This document shows positions 21,646 through 31,797 of a DNA stretch of 64,000 nucleotides, in pieces. Position numbers and translations under genes: made by a program. Location of the stretch: the NCBI GenBank assembly GCA_039794845.1, contig JAUQVK010000101.1:50416-114415 (forward strand), written 5' to 3'. The DNA is from Thermostichus sp. DRC_bins_24. Lineage in GTDB: Bacteria > Cyanobacteriota > Cyanobacteriia > Thermostichales > Thermostichaceae. A model generated the notes under the pieces. The model did not search any database and was not told the origin of the DNA. It worked only from the letters and a program-made list of their open reading frames with translations. Numbering within the stretch: position 1 is the first letter of the stretch; each line of letters begins with the position of its first letter.

Positions 21646-22188
21646 CTAAGCCGTAGGGGGCCACAGATGTCTAAACTTGAATCCAGTCAGGGGAGTAGAC
21701 TGTACTTTCTCGATGAAACCATCGGTTACATAGGTGCGAACCAGCCGGGTTTCGGGAACCTTGAAGATGATATTATCTCCAATTTTATCCAGGCAGAATG
21801 CGGGCCGAGTGATGGAGCTGCGGTTTCGCCTTTGTGTCTCTTCTTTGTCCAAAACATCAATAATATTGGTAACGTTATAGGCGAAGCAAGTATCTTCCCC
21901 TTCATAAATGAGCGGTAATAATTCCCCATTAGCCAATAAAATATCTCCGAGCAGGTCAACAGCCCTTTGGCTAACGACACTTCCAATCAAACCTGTAAAA
22001 CAAGCTGGGAAGTCACTTTTTGGCCTGCTTTCATGATCTGGAATCAATGTGATTTTCAATGGGCTCCAACTAGTAATAGGATCCCCGTTGCAAAAAACTG
22101 GGTTTTCAAGTGATTCGTCAGAAAGAAATCCTTGGTAAACATTGGCGTCAGGATAAAGCTCGTAAACATTCATGGATATCTCCTTCAC
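21646..22188 (-). CDS. Putative immunity protein (Imm11/DUF1629-like)
   Basis: DFP...VVSQRAVDLL...GELLPL...AYNVTNIIDVLD...IFKVPE...YVTDGF...LTGFKF pattern; directly downstream of the AHH gene. Confidence 0.75.
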   Translation of the reverse strand: MKEISMNVYELYPDANVYQGFLSDESLENPVFCNGDPITSWSPLKITLIPDHESRPKSDFPACFTGLIGSVVSQRAVDLLGDILLANGELLPLIYEGEDTCFAYNVTNIIDVLDKEETQRRNRSSITRPAFCLDKIGDNIIFKVPETRLVRTYVTDGFIEKVQSTPLTGFKFRHLWPPTA

Positions 22189-22199
22189 TTGGTCAGGGG

Positions 22200-23780
22200 C
22201 TATAAAATTGGAAAGGCTCGGTTGAGTAGTTGCTGCCTAATCTCTTCCAGTTCCTGTAACACTCCTTGTTTCCCGCCTGAAGCATCTTTCTCTGTTAGTC
22301 TGTTCCGCACCTCCAGATGATAAACTATCGTATGAAGTGAAGCATGAGGCATTCCTTCCACTTGAGTTACTGAAGAGTCTGCGGGCAGAGGAACACCATT
22401 TTCTGCAGAGTTGATATCGATCCCATGCTTAGCTAGTATTCCGCGAGATTTTTCGGCATTAGCATCGTTCACAGCAACAATGTGATGGGCTTCTGCACCG
22501 CAAGGTAATCTTTGATTGGTTGCCAGTTCAATCGCTCTTGCTAGTTTGGCTGAGTCACTGTTACCCGAAGCAGCAGGCCGCCGACACTCAATCAGAATGG
22601 TCAAATCTTCATCCTGGTCTAAGGCTTTACTGCCTTCGAAAATGCCTCTGGAAGCAGGTGAAGAAGATCCCAGAGGGCTGGGGCTTAGTTCTACATCATC
22701 GATTTGAAAGCCTAATGTACTTGGCTTTACTCTCCCTCCGGAGAGGCCCTTAATTGTTAAATGACTGTTATAAGAATCGAGATTAACTAAATTGCTCTCT
22801 ACATAGCTCTCACCCAGAGCAATGTCATCTTCTGTTTGAATTGAACCCTGATTAGGCCCCGATAGAGCCTCTAATCTTAGCGCTATTTTGTCTCCATCTT
22901 GCAAAAGACCGTTGTCTTGATACTTTATTTTGAAACTGTAGCTGCTTACAATCAACCGGGCAGGAATATTCTCTACATATTCAGATGGGACATCAGGGTC
23001 TAAGTTGATCTCCACGGTCACCACGCGAGGGAACACGTTCCCCCCTGGAGAGAGGTTAAAACCTCTCGTACTTGTCCCTGATATGACCTGGCTAGGGTCA
23101 ATACCAAAACGTACCGTGGTAACTGGTACAACTCCATCGCTGTAGGCAATAATCTCGAGCTTATTCTTTCCTGGCTTGATTGGAACAATGACTTTCCCTG
23201 CATCTGAACTCAGGGGACTGGGGAGAACCAGCCGTTTTAAGAACGTACTCGAAGAGGTATTTTCATGCTGTACAGTAATATCTACGATGTCACCATCTAC
23301 AATTGGGGAGCCTGTTCTTGGATTGATCCCTGCATCCCAGAAGTACACAATAACTTCATCTGTATTGACGGTTAATTGAGGCGTTAGTATCCTTGCCTCA
23401 TGTTTTTTGTCTTTATCTATGAGCTTGGGTTCAATACAGCTTTCAAGCTCAGGTGGAACAGGCTCTGTTGGCTCGAGTTCGACATCACAAGAGGGCGGTG
23501 GGGTTGGACGATAGCAAACATTCTCCCCGACTTGGTTGCATGCGCACCCAGGTGGCTTATGGCACTGAAAGTTTGCGTTAATGCAGGTATCACCACAAGC
23601 TTTGCCAACGACACATCTTCTGCAACACGTATCACAGGGTACTGGTACTCCATTGCCAGAACGGCTCACAGAAGGAGCTTGAACCTCAGGCAAACTCCCT
23701 ATCGTGGTTGGACCCCCCCCGCAAGCATAAAGTGTCAGCAAAGAAAAGAGGAGTATAAATAACGTTAGATACTTGCGCAT
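22200..23780 (-). CDS. Lipoprotein with Cys-rich module and C-terminal AHH (HNH/EndoVII-fold) nuclease; putative polymorphic toxin
   Basis: Lipobox LYA-C; CCRRCVVGKACGDTCI...CHKPPGCAC; C-terminus EAHHIV...GIDINSAENGVPLP...HASLHTIVY. Confidence 0.85.
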   Translation of the reverse strand: MRKYLTLFILLFSLLTLYACGGGPTTIGSLPEVQAPSVSRSGNGVPVPCDTCCRRCVVGKACGDTCINANFQCHKPPGCACNQVGENVCYRPTPPPSCDVELEPTEPVPPELESCIEPKLIDKDKKHEARILTPQLTVNTDEVIVYFWDAGINPRTGSPIVDGDIVDITVQHENTSSSTFLKRLVLPSPLSSDAGKVIVPIKPGKNKLEIIAYSDGVVPVTTVRFGIDPSQVISGTSTRGFNLSPGGNVFPRVVTVEINLDPDVPSEYVENIPARLIVSSYSFKIKYQDNGLLQDGDKIALRLEALSGPNQGSIQTEDDIALGESYVESNLVNLDSYNSHLTIKGLSGGRVKPSTLGFQIDDVELSPSPLGSSSPASRGIFEGSKALDQDEDLTILIECRRPAASGNSDSAKLARAIELATNQRLPCGAEAHHIVAVNDANAEKSRGILAKHGIDINSAENGVPLPADSSVTQVEGMPHASLHTIVYHLEVRNRLTEKDASGGKQGVLQELEEIRQQLLNRAFPIL

Positions 23781-24024
23781 AACCGTTATTGGCTGGAGAT
23801 ATTTGCCTCAAAACTAAGTCGTTTTACAGGCCCATGCAAGCCTGAACTCATCTTTATTTTAATTTTTATTTTGCTTGATTTGAAATGATTAAGTGAATTA
23901 GCAAAGGGATTTACTACTGATTAGGTATTTGATATTTTGATTCACAAATTACTTGCAATTCTTTCTCTTCCCAGTATCGGCTTTCCCCGCGCTCTGCCAA
24001 AGGCAATGTAGCGTTGGTTTCGTT

Positions 24025-24151
24025 TCTCTCCCCCTTGGTGCGCTCCCTTGTGGAAACCCAACTGCAAGTCTGGTTGATCTTTCCCCGCCCCTACAGCGAT
24101 ATCGTGGAGGGGTTTTTGTATGCCTAATGCGCTTCAGATGGGAATGGGCGG
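24025..24151 (+). repeat. 127-bp direct repeat, copy 2 (orphan 3' end of the HD gene)
   Basis: Encodes the same LSPLVRSLVETQLQVWLIFPRPYSDIVEGFLYA* peptide as copy 1. Confidence 0.95.
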
Positions 24152-24160
24152 GAGAACGAC

Positions 24161-25363
24161 ATGTTGGAGGGCTTAGTGGGGGGGCAGGCTGGGATCCCTG
24201 GCTTACTTATGGGGGTGCTGTCGATGACCGCCCTCCTGATTGGGCTGGTGGCCTTGCGGCTGTGGCGAGCTTTGGCGGCTTCCCCCTGGCTGACCGATGT
24301 CCCTGAAAACAAAAACACCGAGGTTGCTGAGGCGATGGCGCGTGTGGCGGTGATCGTGCCCGCCTACAACGAAGCAGACAATGTGGTGGACTGCCTGACC
24401 AGCATTCTGGAAAGTACCTCGGCTCCGCTGCAGGTGTGGTTGGTGGATGATGACTCTACCGATGCCACCTGGGATTTGGCCCAAGCCTTGGCTGCCGACC
24501 GACCAGATCCGCGGCTGCATTTGTTAAAAGGGGATCCCCGGCCAGAGGGGCAGGTGTGGGTGGGCAAAAACTGGGCCTGTGCTCAGGCGGTTGCCGTCAT
24601 TGAGGCAGACTATCTGCTGTTTCTCGACTGTGATGTGCGGCTGGGATCCGGCGCGATCGAGGCAGCTCTGATGCAGCTGCTGGAAAGCGACAGTGGCTTG
24701 GTCACCGTGGGGCCGCAGTTGGTGTGTGGTTGCCTGGCGGAATGGCTGGTTCAGCCGATCATGATGACCCTTCTGGCGGTGGGGTACAACTTTGCCGCCG
24801 TCAACGATCCGGATACCCCAAAAGCCTTTGCCTTCGGGCCCTTTATGTTGTTCCGTCGCCTCGCCTACGAACAAATTGGCGGACACGCCGGGGTAGCCGA
24901 TGTGGTGGTGGAAGATGTCACCTTGGGCCAGCGCATCAAAGCCAGTGGATTGGGACTGAAGCTACGCTTAGGTGGAGAACGGGTTCGCAGCCGCATGTAT
25001 GCCGACGGGGCCGCCCTCTGGGAAGGTTGGACGAAAAACTGGTTTTTGGGTTTGGAGCGCAACTGGTTGCTGGCCCTGTTGGCCATGGTCACGATTTTGG
25101 TGATTTGCAGTTTGCCTTGGCTGGGGTTGATCCTGGCTTTGGCCACCCAATCTCTGGGGGTGCTGTTGGCCAGTTTGGCCGGGATCACGGCTCAACTGGG
25201 GATTCGACTGCTGCTCAGGCATTGGGCCCACTTGCCGCTACGCTACTGGTGGCTGACGGCGGTGGGGGGATGGGTAACGGCTGCCATCGTTTTGGCCTCG
25301 GCGATTCGCACCAGCACCGGACGCAACTGGACTTGGCGGGGCCGATCTTTGGCCACCCCCTAA
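24161..25363 (+). CDS. Glycosyltransferase family 2, membrane-bound
   Basis: VIVPAYNE, VDDDSTD, GKNWAC, FLDCD, VVEDV; C-terminal TM helices. Confidence 0.92.
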   Translation: MLEGLVGGQAGIPGLLMGVLSMTALLIGLVALRLWRALAASPWLTDVPENKNTEVAEAMARVAVIVPAYNEADNVVDCLTSILESTSAPLQVWLVDDDSTDATWDLAQALAADRPDPRLHLLKGDPRPEGQVWVGKNWACAQAVAVIEADYLLFLDCDVRLGSGAIEAALMQLLESDSGLVTVGPQLVCGCLAEWLVQPIMMTLLAVGYNFAAVNDPDTPKAFAFGPFMLFRRLAYEQIGGHAGVADVVVEDVTLGQRIKASGLGLKLRLGGERVRSRMYADGAALWEGWTKNWFLGLERNWLLALLAMVTILVICSLPWLGLILALATQSLGVLLASLAGITAQLGIRLLLRHWAHLPLRYWWLTAVGGWVTAAIVLASAIRTSTGRNWTWRGRSLATP

Positions 25364-25471
25364 CCGGCTCAACAAACTTACAGCGGGCACCCCGAACATG
25401 GTCTAATGGGGGGTGTTTGGGGCGGTTTCGGTGCTCCCCAGTTGGGCTCACGAACGGTGGAATAGCGAGAT

Positions 25472-26761
25472 ATGCAAGTTCTGGTCATTGGCTCTGGGGG
25501 ACGAGAACACGCTCTGATTTGGAAGCTACTGCAATCCCCACAGGTTACTCAGGTTTACTGTGCACCCGGCAACGGCGGCATTCGCCAGATGCGCCGCTGT
25601 CAAACCTTGGCTTTGGCAGCCACGGATATTGAGGGGTTGGTGCGCTTTGCCACGGTGCAAGGGATCCGTCTGACGGTGGTGGGGCCAGAGGTGCCCTTGG
25701 TGGAGGGGATCGTCGATGCGTTTCAAGCGGCAGGACTGCCCATTTTTGGGCCGAACCGGGTGGCCGCCCAACTGGAGGGCAGCAAGCTCTGGGCCAAGCA
25801 ACTGATGCAAGAGGCCGGGATCCCAACGGCTCGTGCTGCCGGTTTTCAGGATTTGTCGGCGGCCCTGGCCTATCTGGATTCCCAGTCTTTTCCGCTGGTG
25901 GTGAAGATGGATGGTCTGGCGGCGGGCAAGGGGGTGACCATCGCCCAAGATCGCGAGGAGGCGGTACAGGCTCTACAAGCCGCACTGGCCCGGCCTTCTG
26001 GCTCTGTGCTGATCGAGGAGTTTATCTCCGGGCAGGAGGTCTCCGTACTGGCCCTGACGGATGGCCAAATCTGTGTGCCACTTTTGCCTGCTCAAGACTA
26101 CAAGCGCATTGGCGAAGGGGATATGGGGCCCAATACCGGTGGCATGGGGGCTCATGCTCCCGCGGATCATGTGCTGACACCGGCCTTGCTGGCTCGCATT
26201 CAAACCCAGGTGTTGGATCCCACCCTGAAGGGCCTCCGGCAACGGGGCATTCGCTACCAGGGGGTGATCTACGCCGGGTTGATGATCACGCCCTCAGGGG
26301 ATCCCTACGTGTTGGAGTATAACTGCCGCTTTGGGGATCCCGAGGCACAGGTGATTTTGCCCCTGTTGAAAAACCCCCTCGAAGAGGTGCTGTTGGCTTG
26401 TGTTGAGGGGCACTTGGCCCAGATCCAGTTGCAGTGGAAACCGGGCTATGCCGCTTGCGTGGTGATGGCTGCACCGGGGTATCCCGAGAGTTACGAACGA
26501 GGGATCCCAATCCTCGGCTTAGAGGCGGCAGCGGAAACTGGGGCTTTGATCTTTCATGCGGGCACTCGTCAGGCGGGAGGGCAGATCTTCAGCGATGGGG
26601 GGCGTGTCTTGTGCATCACCGGTCAGGGGGCCAGTTTACCGGAGGCCTTGGGCCAAGCCTATGCCGCGGTGGAGCGGGTGCAGTTTGCCAAAGCCCACTA
26701 CCGGTTGGACATTGGTAGCCGAGCGCTGGGAGCCGCTGTTCGTCGTGGTGTGGTGGAATGA
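25472..26761 (+). CDS. purD: Phosphoribosylamine-glycine ligase
   Basis: GSGGREHAL, DGLAAGKGV, GPNTGGMG, EYNCRFGDPE. Confidence 0.98.
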   Translation: MQVLVIGSGGREHALIWKLLQSPQVTQVYCAPGNGGIRQMRRCQTLALAATDIEGLVRFATVQGIRLTVVGPEVPLVEGIVDAFQAAGLPIFGPNRVAAQLEGSKLWAKQLMQEAGIPTARAAGFQDLSAALAYLDSQSFPLVVKMDGLAAGKGVTIAQDREEAVQALQAALARPSGSVLIEEFISGQEVSVLALTDGQICVPLLPAQDYKRIGEGDMGPNTGGMGAHAPADHVLTPALLARIQTQVLDPTLKGLRQRGIRYQGVIYAGLMITPSGDPYVLEYNCRFGDPEAQVILPLLKNPLEEVLLACVEGHLAQIQLQWKPGYAACVVMAAPGYPESYERGIPILGLEAAAETGALIFHAGTRQAGGQIFSDGGRVLCITGQGASLPEALGQAYAAVERVQFAKAHYRLDIGSRALGAAVRRGVVE

Positions 26762-26766
26762 AAATG

Positions 26767-26793
26767 AACCCCAGAGGGTCGCTCCTCCGGGGT
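26767..26793. terminator. Hairpin between convergent purD and narM
   Basis: ACCCCAGAGG-gtcgct-CCTCCGGGGT next to an A-rich tract (T-rich on the minus strand). Confidence 0.5.
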
Positions 26794-26953
26794 CAATAAA
26801 AACAGTATTGAAAAGAGTTTTGATATTTAAAAAATAGCGCTTTTGATAACGAGAAAGCAATTTTAGTATCGGAACCTCAACTTTAGTTCATATTCCTCAA
26901 TAAGAGCCGTCTCGGTTGCTTGGCTTAGGTTGAGAGGGAATAGGTAGGGATCC

Positions 26954-27433
26954 CTATTTCACGTTCAAACCTTCTGGCTTCAGCCCGAACTCTTGTAGGG
27001 CAGGCAGGAAATTCTTGTTCTCATGATTAGAGCGACTTAATTTAATGAGAGCAAATCGCTGGATATTCTGTAGTCTCCTCCAAAATTCTAGAGTAATCTG
27101 AACCTGTATTTCCTCAGCCTTTTGTTGCACACTCAGTGGGATCCTCTCGGTATTTTCCCATTCAGGTTCTAGCTCTGGCATGAATTCTTTGGCTTCCTCT
27201 CTACAAACAGTATGGATCAACTGCCGCAAATAACTGCCAAACTGTTCAATATCCTGGGCAGTTTGATCAGGCCAGTCCACACACTGTTGTTTTTGTGCTG
27301 CCGAAAACCGAGCCCACTGATGGAGCTTCAGCTTGACGCCACACAGATCTAACTTCAGACGTACGCTCATGGGAATACAGCGCAGAGAATCGGCAAAATC
27401 CTGCTCAAACTGAAACAGAGACATCCGAAACAT
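26954..27433 (-). CDS. narM: Nitrate reductase-associated protein
   Basis: [31 protein letters not shown]...[15 protein letters not shown]. Confidence 0.92.
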   Translation of the reverse strand: MFRMSLFQFEQDFADSLRCIPMSVRLKLDLCGVKLKLHQWARFSAAQKQQCVDWPDQTAQDIEQFGSYLRQLIHTVCREEAKEFMPELEPEWENTERIPLSVQQKAEEIQVQITLEFWRRLQNIQRFALIKLSRSNHENKNFLPALQEFGLKPEGLNVK

Positions 27434-29579
27434 CCTCGGTGATTAAACTCTCGCTCTCCAGTTTCGGTGAAAAAGGATCGGTTTTACTGAGGGCCACTGC
27501 ACAAGCTTTTAATTCCGGCTGGCCGGAGTCTGGGCAAGCAATATCGTGGGTAAGGGCATTACACTCTGCTTGCTCTGCCCACAAGGATCCCCAGTGCATG
27601 GGCACAAACACCGTCCCTGGGGCAATGGCACGGGTGATCTTGGCGGGGAAACAGGCTTGTCCACGGGCGGAGCGTACCTGCACGGGATCCCCCTCTTGCA
27701 GGGCCAGCTTTTCGGCATCACGGGGATGAATTTCAATAAAGGGCTGTGGGTGCATTTGGGTGATTTTTTCGATTCTGCCGGTACGGGTTTGGGTGTGCCA
27801 ATGACCATACACTCTACCGGTGGTTAACACATAGGGAAATTGCGGATCCGGTGGCTCAGCCAATCCTTTGGAATGATAGGGGATGAATCGAGCACGGCCA
27901 TCGGCAGTGGGAAAACGCAAATCAGTATAAAGCCGAGCTGAACCTGAAGTTTTATCTGGCAATCTATCCTTTGGATAGGGCCATTGCTGGGGGCCTTGTT
28001 CCGCCAAAAGAGCATGACTAAGGCCAGAGTGGTCACAGGGGCGATGTTGAGTCAGGGCAGCAAATTCAGCATACACTTCTGCTGAGCTTTGAAACTGAAA
28101 TTGCTCTATAAATCCCAATCTGCGACCTACTTCCGCAAGGATTTCCCAATCCGGTCGGGCTTCTCCAGGGGGATCCTGAAACTGTTGGCAAAGGGTGACC
28201 CGACGCTCGGAATTGGTCATGACCCCTGTTTTTTCACTCCATTGACAGGCGGGCAAAAGCAGATGAGCATATTCTGCCGTTTCGGTGGGGTAGTAGGCTT
28301 CTTGATAGATGGTAAAGGGGGAGTTCTGCAAAGCCTTTTTAACGCGCTCTAAATCGGGCAAACTCACCAAGGGATTGGTTGCAGCAATCCAAAACAGTTG
28401 CAGGGATCCCGCTTCTAGGGCAGAAATCATTTGGGTGGCAGTCAGTCCTGGAGCAGGGGATATGGATCCATCGGGCAAGCCCCAAACCTGTTCTACTTCT
28501 GCGCGATGTTGGGGATTTTTCACAGAGCGATAGCCGGGCAAGAGATGAGACAATCCGCCTGCTTCTCGCCCTCCCATGGCATTGGGTTGACCTGTTAAAG
28601 AAAATGGCCCCATCCCCGGTTTGCCGATCTGCCCAGTCATTAGGTGGAGATTAATCAGGCTAACGATTTTGGCCGTGCCCTCACTGGATTGATTTAAACC
28701 CATTGACCAAAGGGAAAGAATTTTTCGGGATCCCTTCCAGAGCTGGGCGACCGCAATGACATCCTCAGGTGCAATTCCACATCGCTCGGCCACCGTCTCA
28801 GGATCATAACTGGACAATAGAGCGGCATATTGGGCAAAGCCTTGGGTGTAATCTTCAATGAAGGGGGCCTCGATCTCTCCCCAGCGCAACAGCAAATGGG
28901 CGATGCCGTTAAACAGATCAATATCGCTACCAGGTTTAATTCCCAAATGCAAATCTGCAGCTTCTGCCGTTTTTGTCCTGCGGGGATCCACCACGATAAT
29001 CTTGAGGGGGGATCCCAATCTATGTCTTTTTTTCAGGCGATTAAACAAAATCGGGTGACATTCAGCCGTATTGGTACCCACCAAAAAAGCCAAATCACAC
29101 TCATCCAAATCTTCGTAACAGCAAGGGGGGCCATCGGATCCCAGCGATTGAACATAACCCGAAACCGCCGAAGACATACACAAACGAGAGTTGGCATCAA
29201 AATTGTTGGTTCTTAGACATCCTTTAATCAGTTTCTGGGCCACATAGTAATCTTCCGTCAGGAATTGCCCGGAGCCGTACATTGCCATCGCATCAGGGGT
29301 GGCTTGCAAATCTTGGATGCGGGTGGTGATTTTCTGTATGGCTTGATCCCAAGAGATACGCCGAAAAGGTTGATCCAATCTCTCTCGGAACATGGGGTAA
29401 AGCAGTCGATCTCGGTTGACCGACTCCATGATCGTGGCACCCTTAACACACACCATCCCCAAACTTGAAGGATGCTGCCGATCTCCACGAATTTTCCAAT
29501 CTCCTGCAGGAGTGGGAACGGCCTCTAATCCACACCCCACTCCACAATAGGGGCATTGGGTCTTAATCACTTCTGTCAA
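27405..29579 (-). CDS. narB: Ferredoxin-dependent assimilatory nitrate reductase
   Basis: CPYCGVGCG...C [4Fe-4S] motif, [35 protein letters not shown] start. Confidence 0.97.
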   Translation of the reverse strand: MTEVIKTQCPYCGVGCGLEAVPTPAGDWKIRGDRQHPSSLGMVCVKGATIMESVNRDRLLYPMFRERLDQPFRRISWDQAIQKITTRIQDLQATPDAMAMYGSGQFLTEDYYVAQKLIKGCLRTNNFDANSRLCMSSAVSGYVQSLGSDGPPCCYEDLDECDLAFLVGTNTAECHPILFNRLKKRHRLGSPLKIIVVDPRRTKTAEAADLHLGIKPGSDIDLFNGIAHLLLRWGEIEAPFIEDYTQGFAQYAALLSSYDPETVAERCGIAPEDVIAVAQLWKGSRKILSLWSMGLNQSSEGTAKIVSLINLHLMTGQIGKPGMGPFSLTGQPNAMGGREAGGLSHLLPGYRSVKNPQHRAEVEQVWGLPDGSISPAPGLTATQMISALEAGSLQLFWIAATNPLVSLPDLERVKKALQNSPFTIYQEAYYPTETAEYAHLLLPACQWSEKTGVMTNSERRVTLCQQFQDPPGEARPDWEILAEVGRRLGFIEQFQFQSSAEVYAEFAALTQHRPCDHSGLSHALLAEQGPQQWPYPKDRLPDKTSGSARLYTDLRFPTADGRARFIPYHSKGLAEPPDPQFPYVLTTGRVYGHWHTQTRTGRIEKITQMHPQPFIEIHPRDAEKLALQEGDPVQVRSARGQACFPAKITRAIAPGTVFVPMHWGSLWAEQAECNALTHDIACPDSGQPELKACAVALSKTDPFSPKLESESLITEDVSDVSVSV

Positions 29580-29920
29580 GAGTGATCTCCCTTCTCAGAT
29601 AAATCCTGAAAAATCTCTTCGAGCTTTATCCTCAGATCGGCAAGGTCTCCTTCGACAATCTCCCAAATTACCTCCAAGTTAAGCTGAAAGTATTGATGAA
29701 TTAAAACATCTCTAAACTTAGCAATTTTACTCCAGTCAACTTCTAGGTGGTTTTGACGAAACTCGTCAGGAATATTCTTGACTGCCTCCCCCATAACTTC
29801 AAAATTGCGAATCACAGCATCTTGAATAAGACTGGATCCCATAAATTGCTCTTCCCCAGAAGAGGTGTATCTTTGGATCTTTGTAATTGCGTTGATCATA
29901 TCTTGAATATAGAGACGCAA
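29576..29920 (-). CDS. HepT-like (DUF86, HEPN) toxin
   Basis: [16 protein letters not shown] and R-X4-H motif RDVLIHQY. Confidence 0.92.
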   Translation of the reverse strand: MRLYIQDMINAITKIQRYTSSGEEQFMGSSLIQDAVIRNFEVMGEAVKNIPDEFRQNHLEVDWSKIAKFRDVLIHQYFQLNLEVIWEIVEGDLADLRIKLEEIFQDLSEKGDHS

Positions 29921-29934
29921 ATCTCACTTTCCAC

Positions 29935-30240
29935 TCATAGTGACTTTGCCTCACTCAAAATACGATCCCTAATTAAGGGATGAATGCTGTTGGAGAAGAC
30001 AACGTCAACTTTTCGTTGTAGGAGTTCTTCCCAATCTTGAATTAAACCCACGGGGAACCAAGGGGTACGGTGGGATCCCTTGTCAATCAAAAAATCTATA
30101 TCACTGTCTGGCCCTGCCTCTCCGCGAGCTACGGATCCGAAAACCCTGACATTGGTCGCCCCATGCTTGTCAGCTATGGCTAAAATGGCTTCTCTTTTGT
30201 CTTTGAGTAGGTCATCAATTCCCAATCCCATGGTCATCAC
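29935..30240 (-). CDS. Minimal nucleotidyltransferase (MntA-like antitoxin)
   Basis: VFGSVARGE...DSDIDFL...RKVDVV. Confidence 0.92.
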   Translation of the reverse strand: MMTMGLGIDDLLKDKREAILAIADKHGATNVRVFGSVARGEAGPDSDIDFLIDKGSHRTPWFPVGLIQDWEELLQRKVDVVFSNSIHPLIRDRILSEAKSL

Positions 30241-30285
30241 CCAGATCAGATGTCATTTTGTATTTATAGACAACATAGGGATCCC

Positions 30286-30873
30286 CTAATTCAGCAGTTC
30301 AGAAACTGCAATCTCAAACCCCGGCAAGATCTCTCGGGTTTTGGCTATATCCTTCTCAGTTAGCCAAAGGTTTTGCTCTTGAGTTTGAATGAAAAGATGT
30401 TTGCTTTTAGGAAAAACCAGCCAAACTTCTAAAGCTCCAGAGCCAAGGTATTCCTGCGCCTTCAGAAAGATATCTTCTCCACTATCTGTTGGAGAAATGA
30501 TCTCCCCAATCAAGGGATAGCTTTGGGGCAAAAAGGTAAACTCGCCATATCGTTCCAACAGTTCTGCCGGGAGATAAGCAACATCTGGCTTGCGCCCCCG
30601 CTCAAGAGTACGACAGTCCGGCTCAACCAATACCCTCCCACCCAGTTGCTGAGACTGAACAAAAGTCCGCCAGTGGAAATAAAGATTGCCTTGGATATTG
30701 CTATGCTGAAAACCCACGCCTGTTTTCTCCACTAGTTTTCCATCTACCCATTCGTGGTTCTCTACTGGGTTGGCGAGATATTCCTCCAAAGTCTTGGGAA
30801 GGGCTAAGGCAAGATCCTCGATTTCGGGATCCCTTTGCTGAGGTGGAGCTGGCTGAACTTGGGCAATCACCAT
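30286..30873 (-). CDS. Uma2 family endonuclease-fold protein
   Basis: EWVDGKL, RKPDVAY, EIISPTD, YLGSGALEVWLVFP, LPGFEI. Confidence 0.92.
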   Translation of the reverse strand: MVIAQVQPAPPQQRDPEIEDLALALPKTLEEYLANPVENHEWVDGKLVEKTGVGFQHSNIQGNLYFHWRTFVQSQQLGGRVLVEPDCRTLERGRKPDVAYLPAELLERYGEFTFLPQSYPLIGEIISPTDSGEDIFLKAQEYLGSGALEVWLVFPKSKHLFIQTQEQNLWLTEKDIAKTREILPGFEIAVSELLN

Positions 30874-30919
30874 CGACCTGACTCTCCGGATGTTCTGCTT
30901 TCTAGCTTAATGGGTTGGT

Positions 30920-31765
30920 CTAATCGGTGGCATGGGCGAAGCGGCGGTAGAGGAAGTCGAGGGCGTAGTTGCGCAATTCGTAAAACTCGGGCATTTCCAT
31001 CATGCGGGAACGGATCCGAGGCCGCTCAAAAGGAATGGTTAGAATCTCACCAATATGGGCAGCGGGGCCGTTGGTCATCATTACCACGCGGTCGGCCAAA
31101 TAAAGGGCTTCGTCAATATCGTGGGTGATCATCAAAACGGTACAGCGGTGATCCCGCCAAATGGCGAGCAACTCCTCCTGAAGTTCCTCTTTGGTGATGG
31201 CATCGAGCGCCCCGAAAGGTTCATCCAACAACAACACCTCTGGACGAATGGAAAGGGCACGGGCAATCGCCACCCTTTGTTTCATGCCGCCGGAGAGTTG
31301 TTTGGGGCGTTTGTGAGCGGCTTCGCTGAGGCCCACCAATTCCAGGTGTTCCTGAACAATTCGCTTTTTTTCGCTGTGAGATTTGTCGGGATACACCTGA
31401 TCCACCACCAAATACACATTTTCGAAGGCGGTCAGCCAGGGCAAGAGGGCGTAGTTTTGAAACACCATCATCCGATCCGGGCCAGGGGATCCCACGGGTC
31501 GGCCTTTGAGGGTGATGGATCCTGACGTGGGAGTAGAAAACCCGGCCACCATATTCATCAGGGTAGATTTGCCGCAGCCGGAGTGACCAATCAGGCAAAT
31601 AAATTCGCCGGATCCCACATTTAGATTGACATTTTCTAGAGCAACAAATGCTCCATTGGGAGTGGGATAGGTTTTGCCGACATTCTGTAAAGAAAGCAGG
31701 GGCAATCCGGGTACTGTCGGTGCAGCCGAAGGGGAAGAAGTAGGCAGGCGAGAACCGGTCATCAT
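30920..31765 (-). CDS. nrtD: Nitrate ABC transporter ATPase NrtD
   Basis: GHSGCGKST, LSGGMKQRVAIARAL; operon context. Confidence 0.93.
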   Translation of the reverse strand: MMTGSRLPTSSPSAAPTVPGLPLLSLQNVGKTYPTPNGAFVALENVNLNVGSGEFICLIGHSGCGKSTLMNMVAGFSTPTSGSITLKGRPVGSPGPDRMMVFQNYALLPWLTAFENVYLVVDQVYPDKSHSEKKRIVQEHLELVGLSEAAHKRPKQLSGGMKQRVAIARALSIRPEVLLLDEPFGALDAITKEELQEELLAIWRDHRCTVLMITHDIDEALYLADRVVMMTNGPAAHIGEILTIPFERPRIRSRMMEMPEFYELRNYALDFLYRRFAHATD

Positions 31766-31797
31766 GATGTTTAGGAAATCACTAAGGTGGGTGGGAA

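Noticed and set aside
24161..25363. Naming the GT2 gene cruG
   Set aside because: The motifs support GT2 only; the subfamily cannot be assigned without a search.
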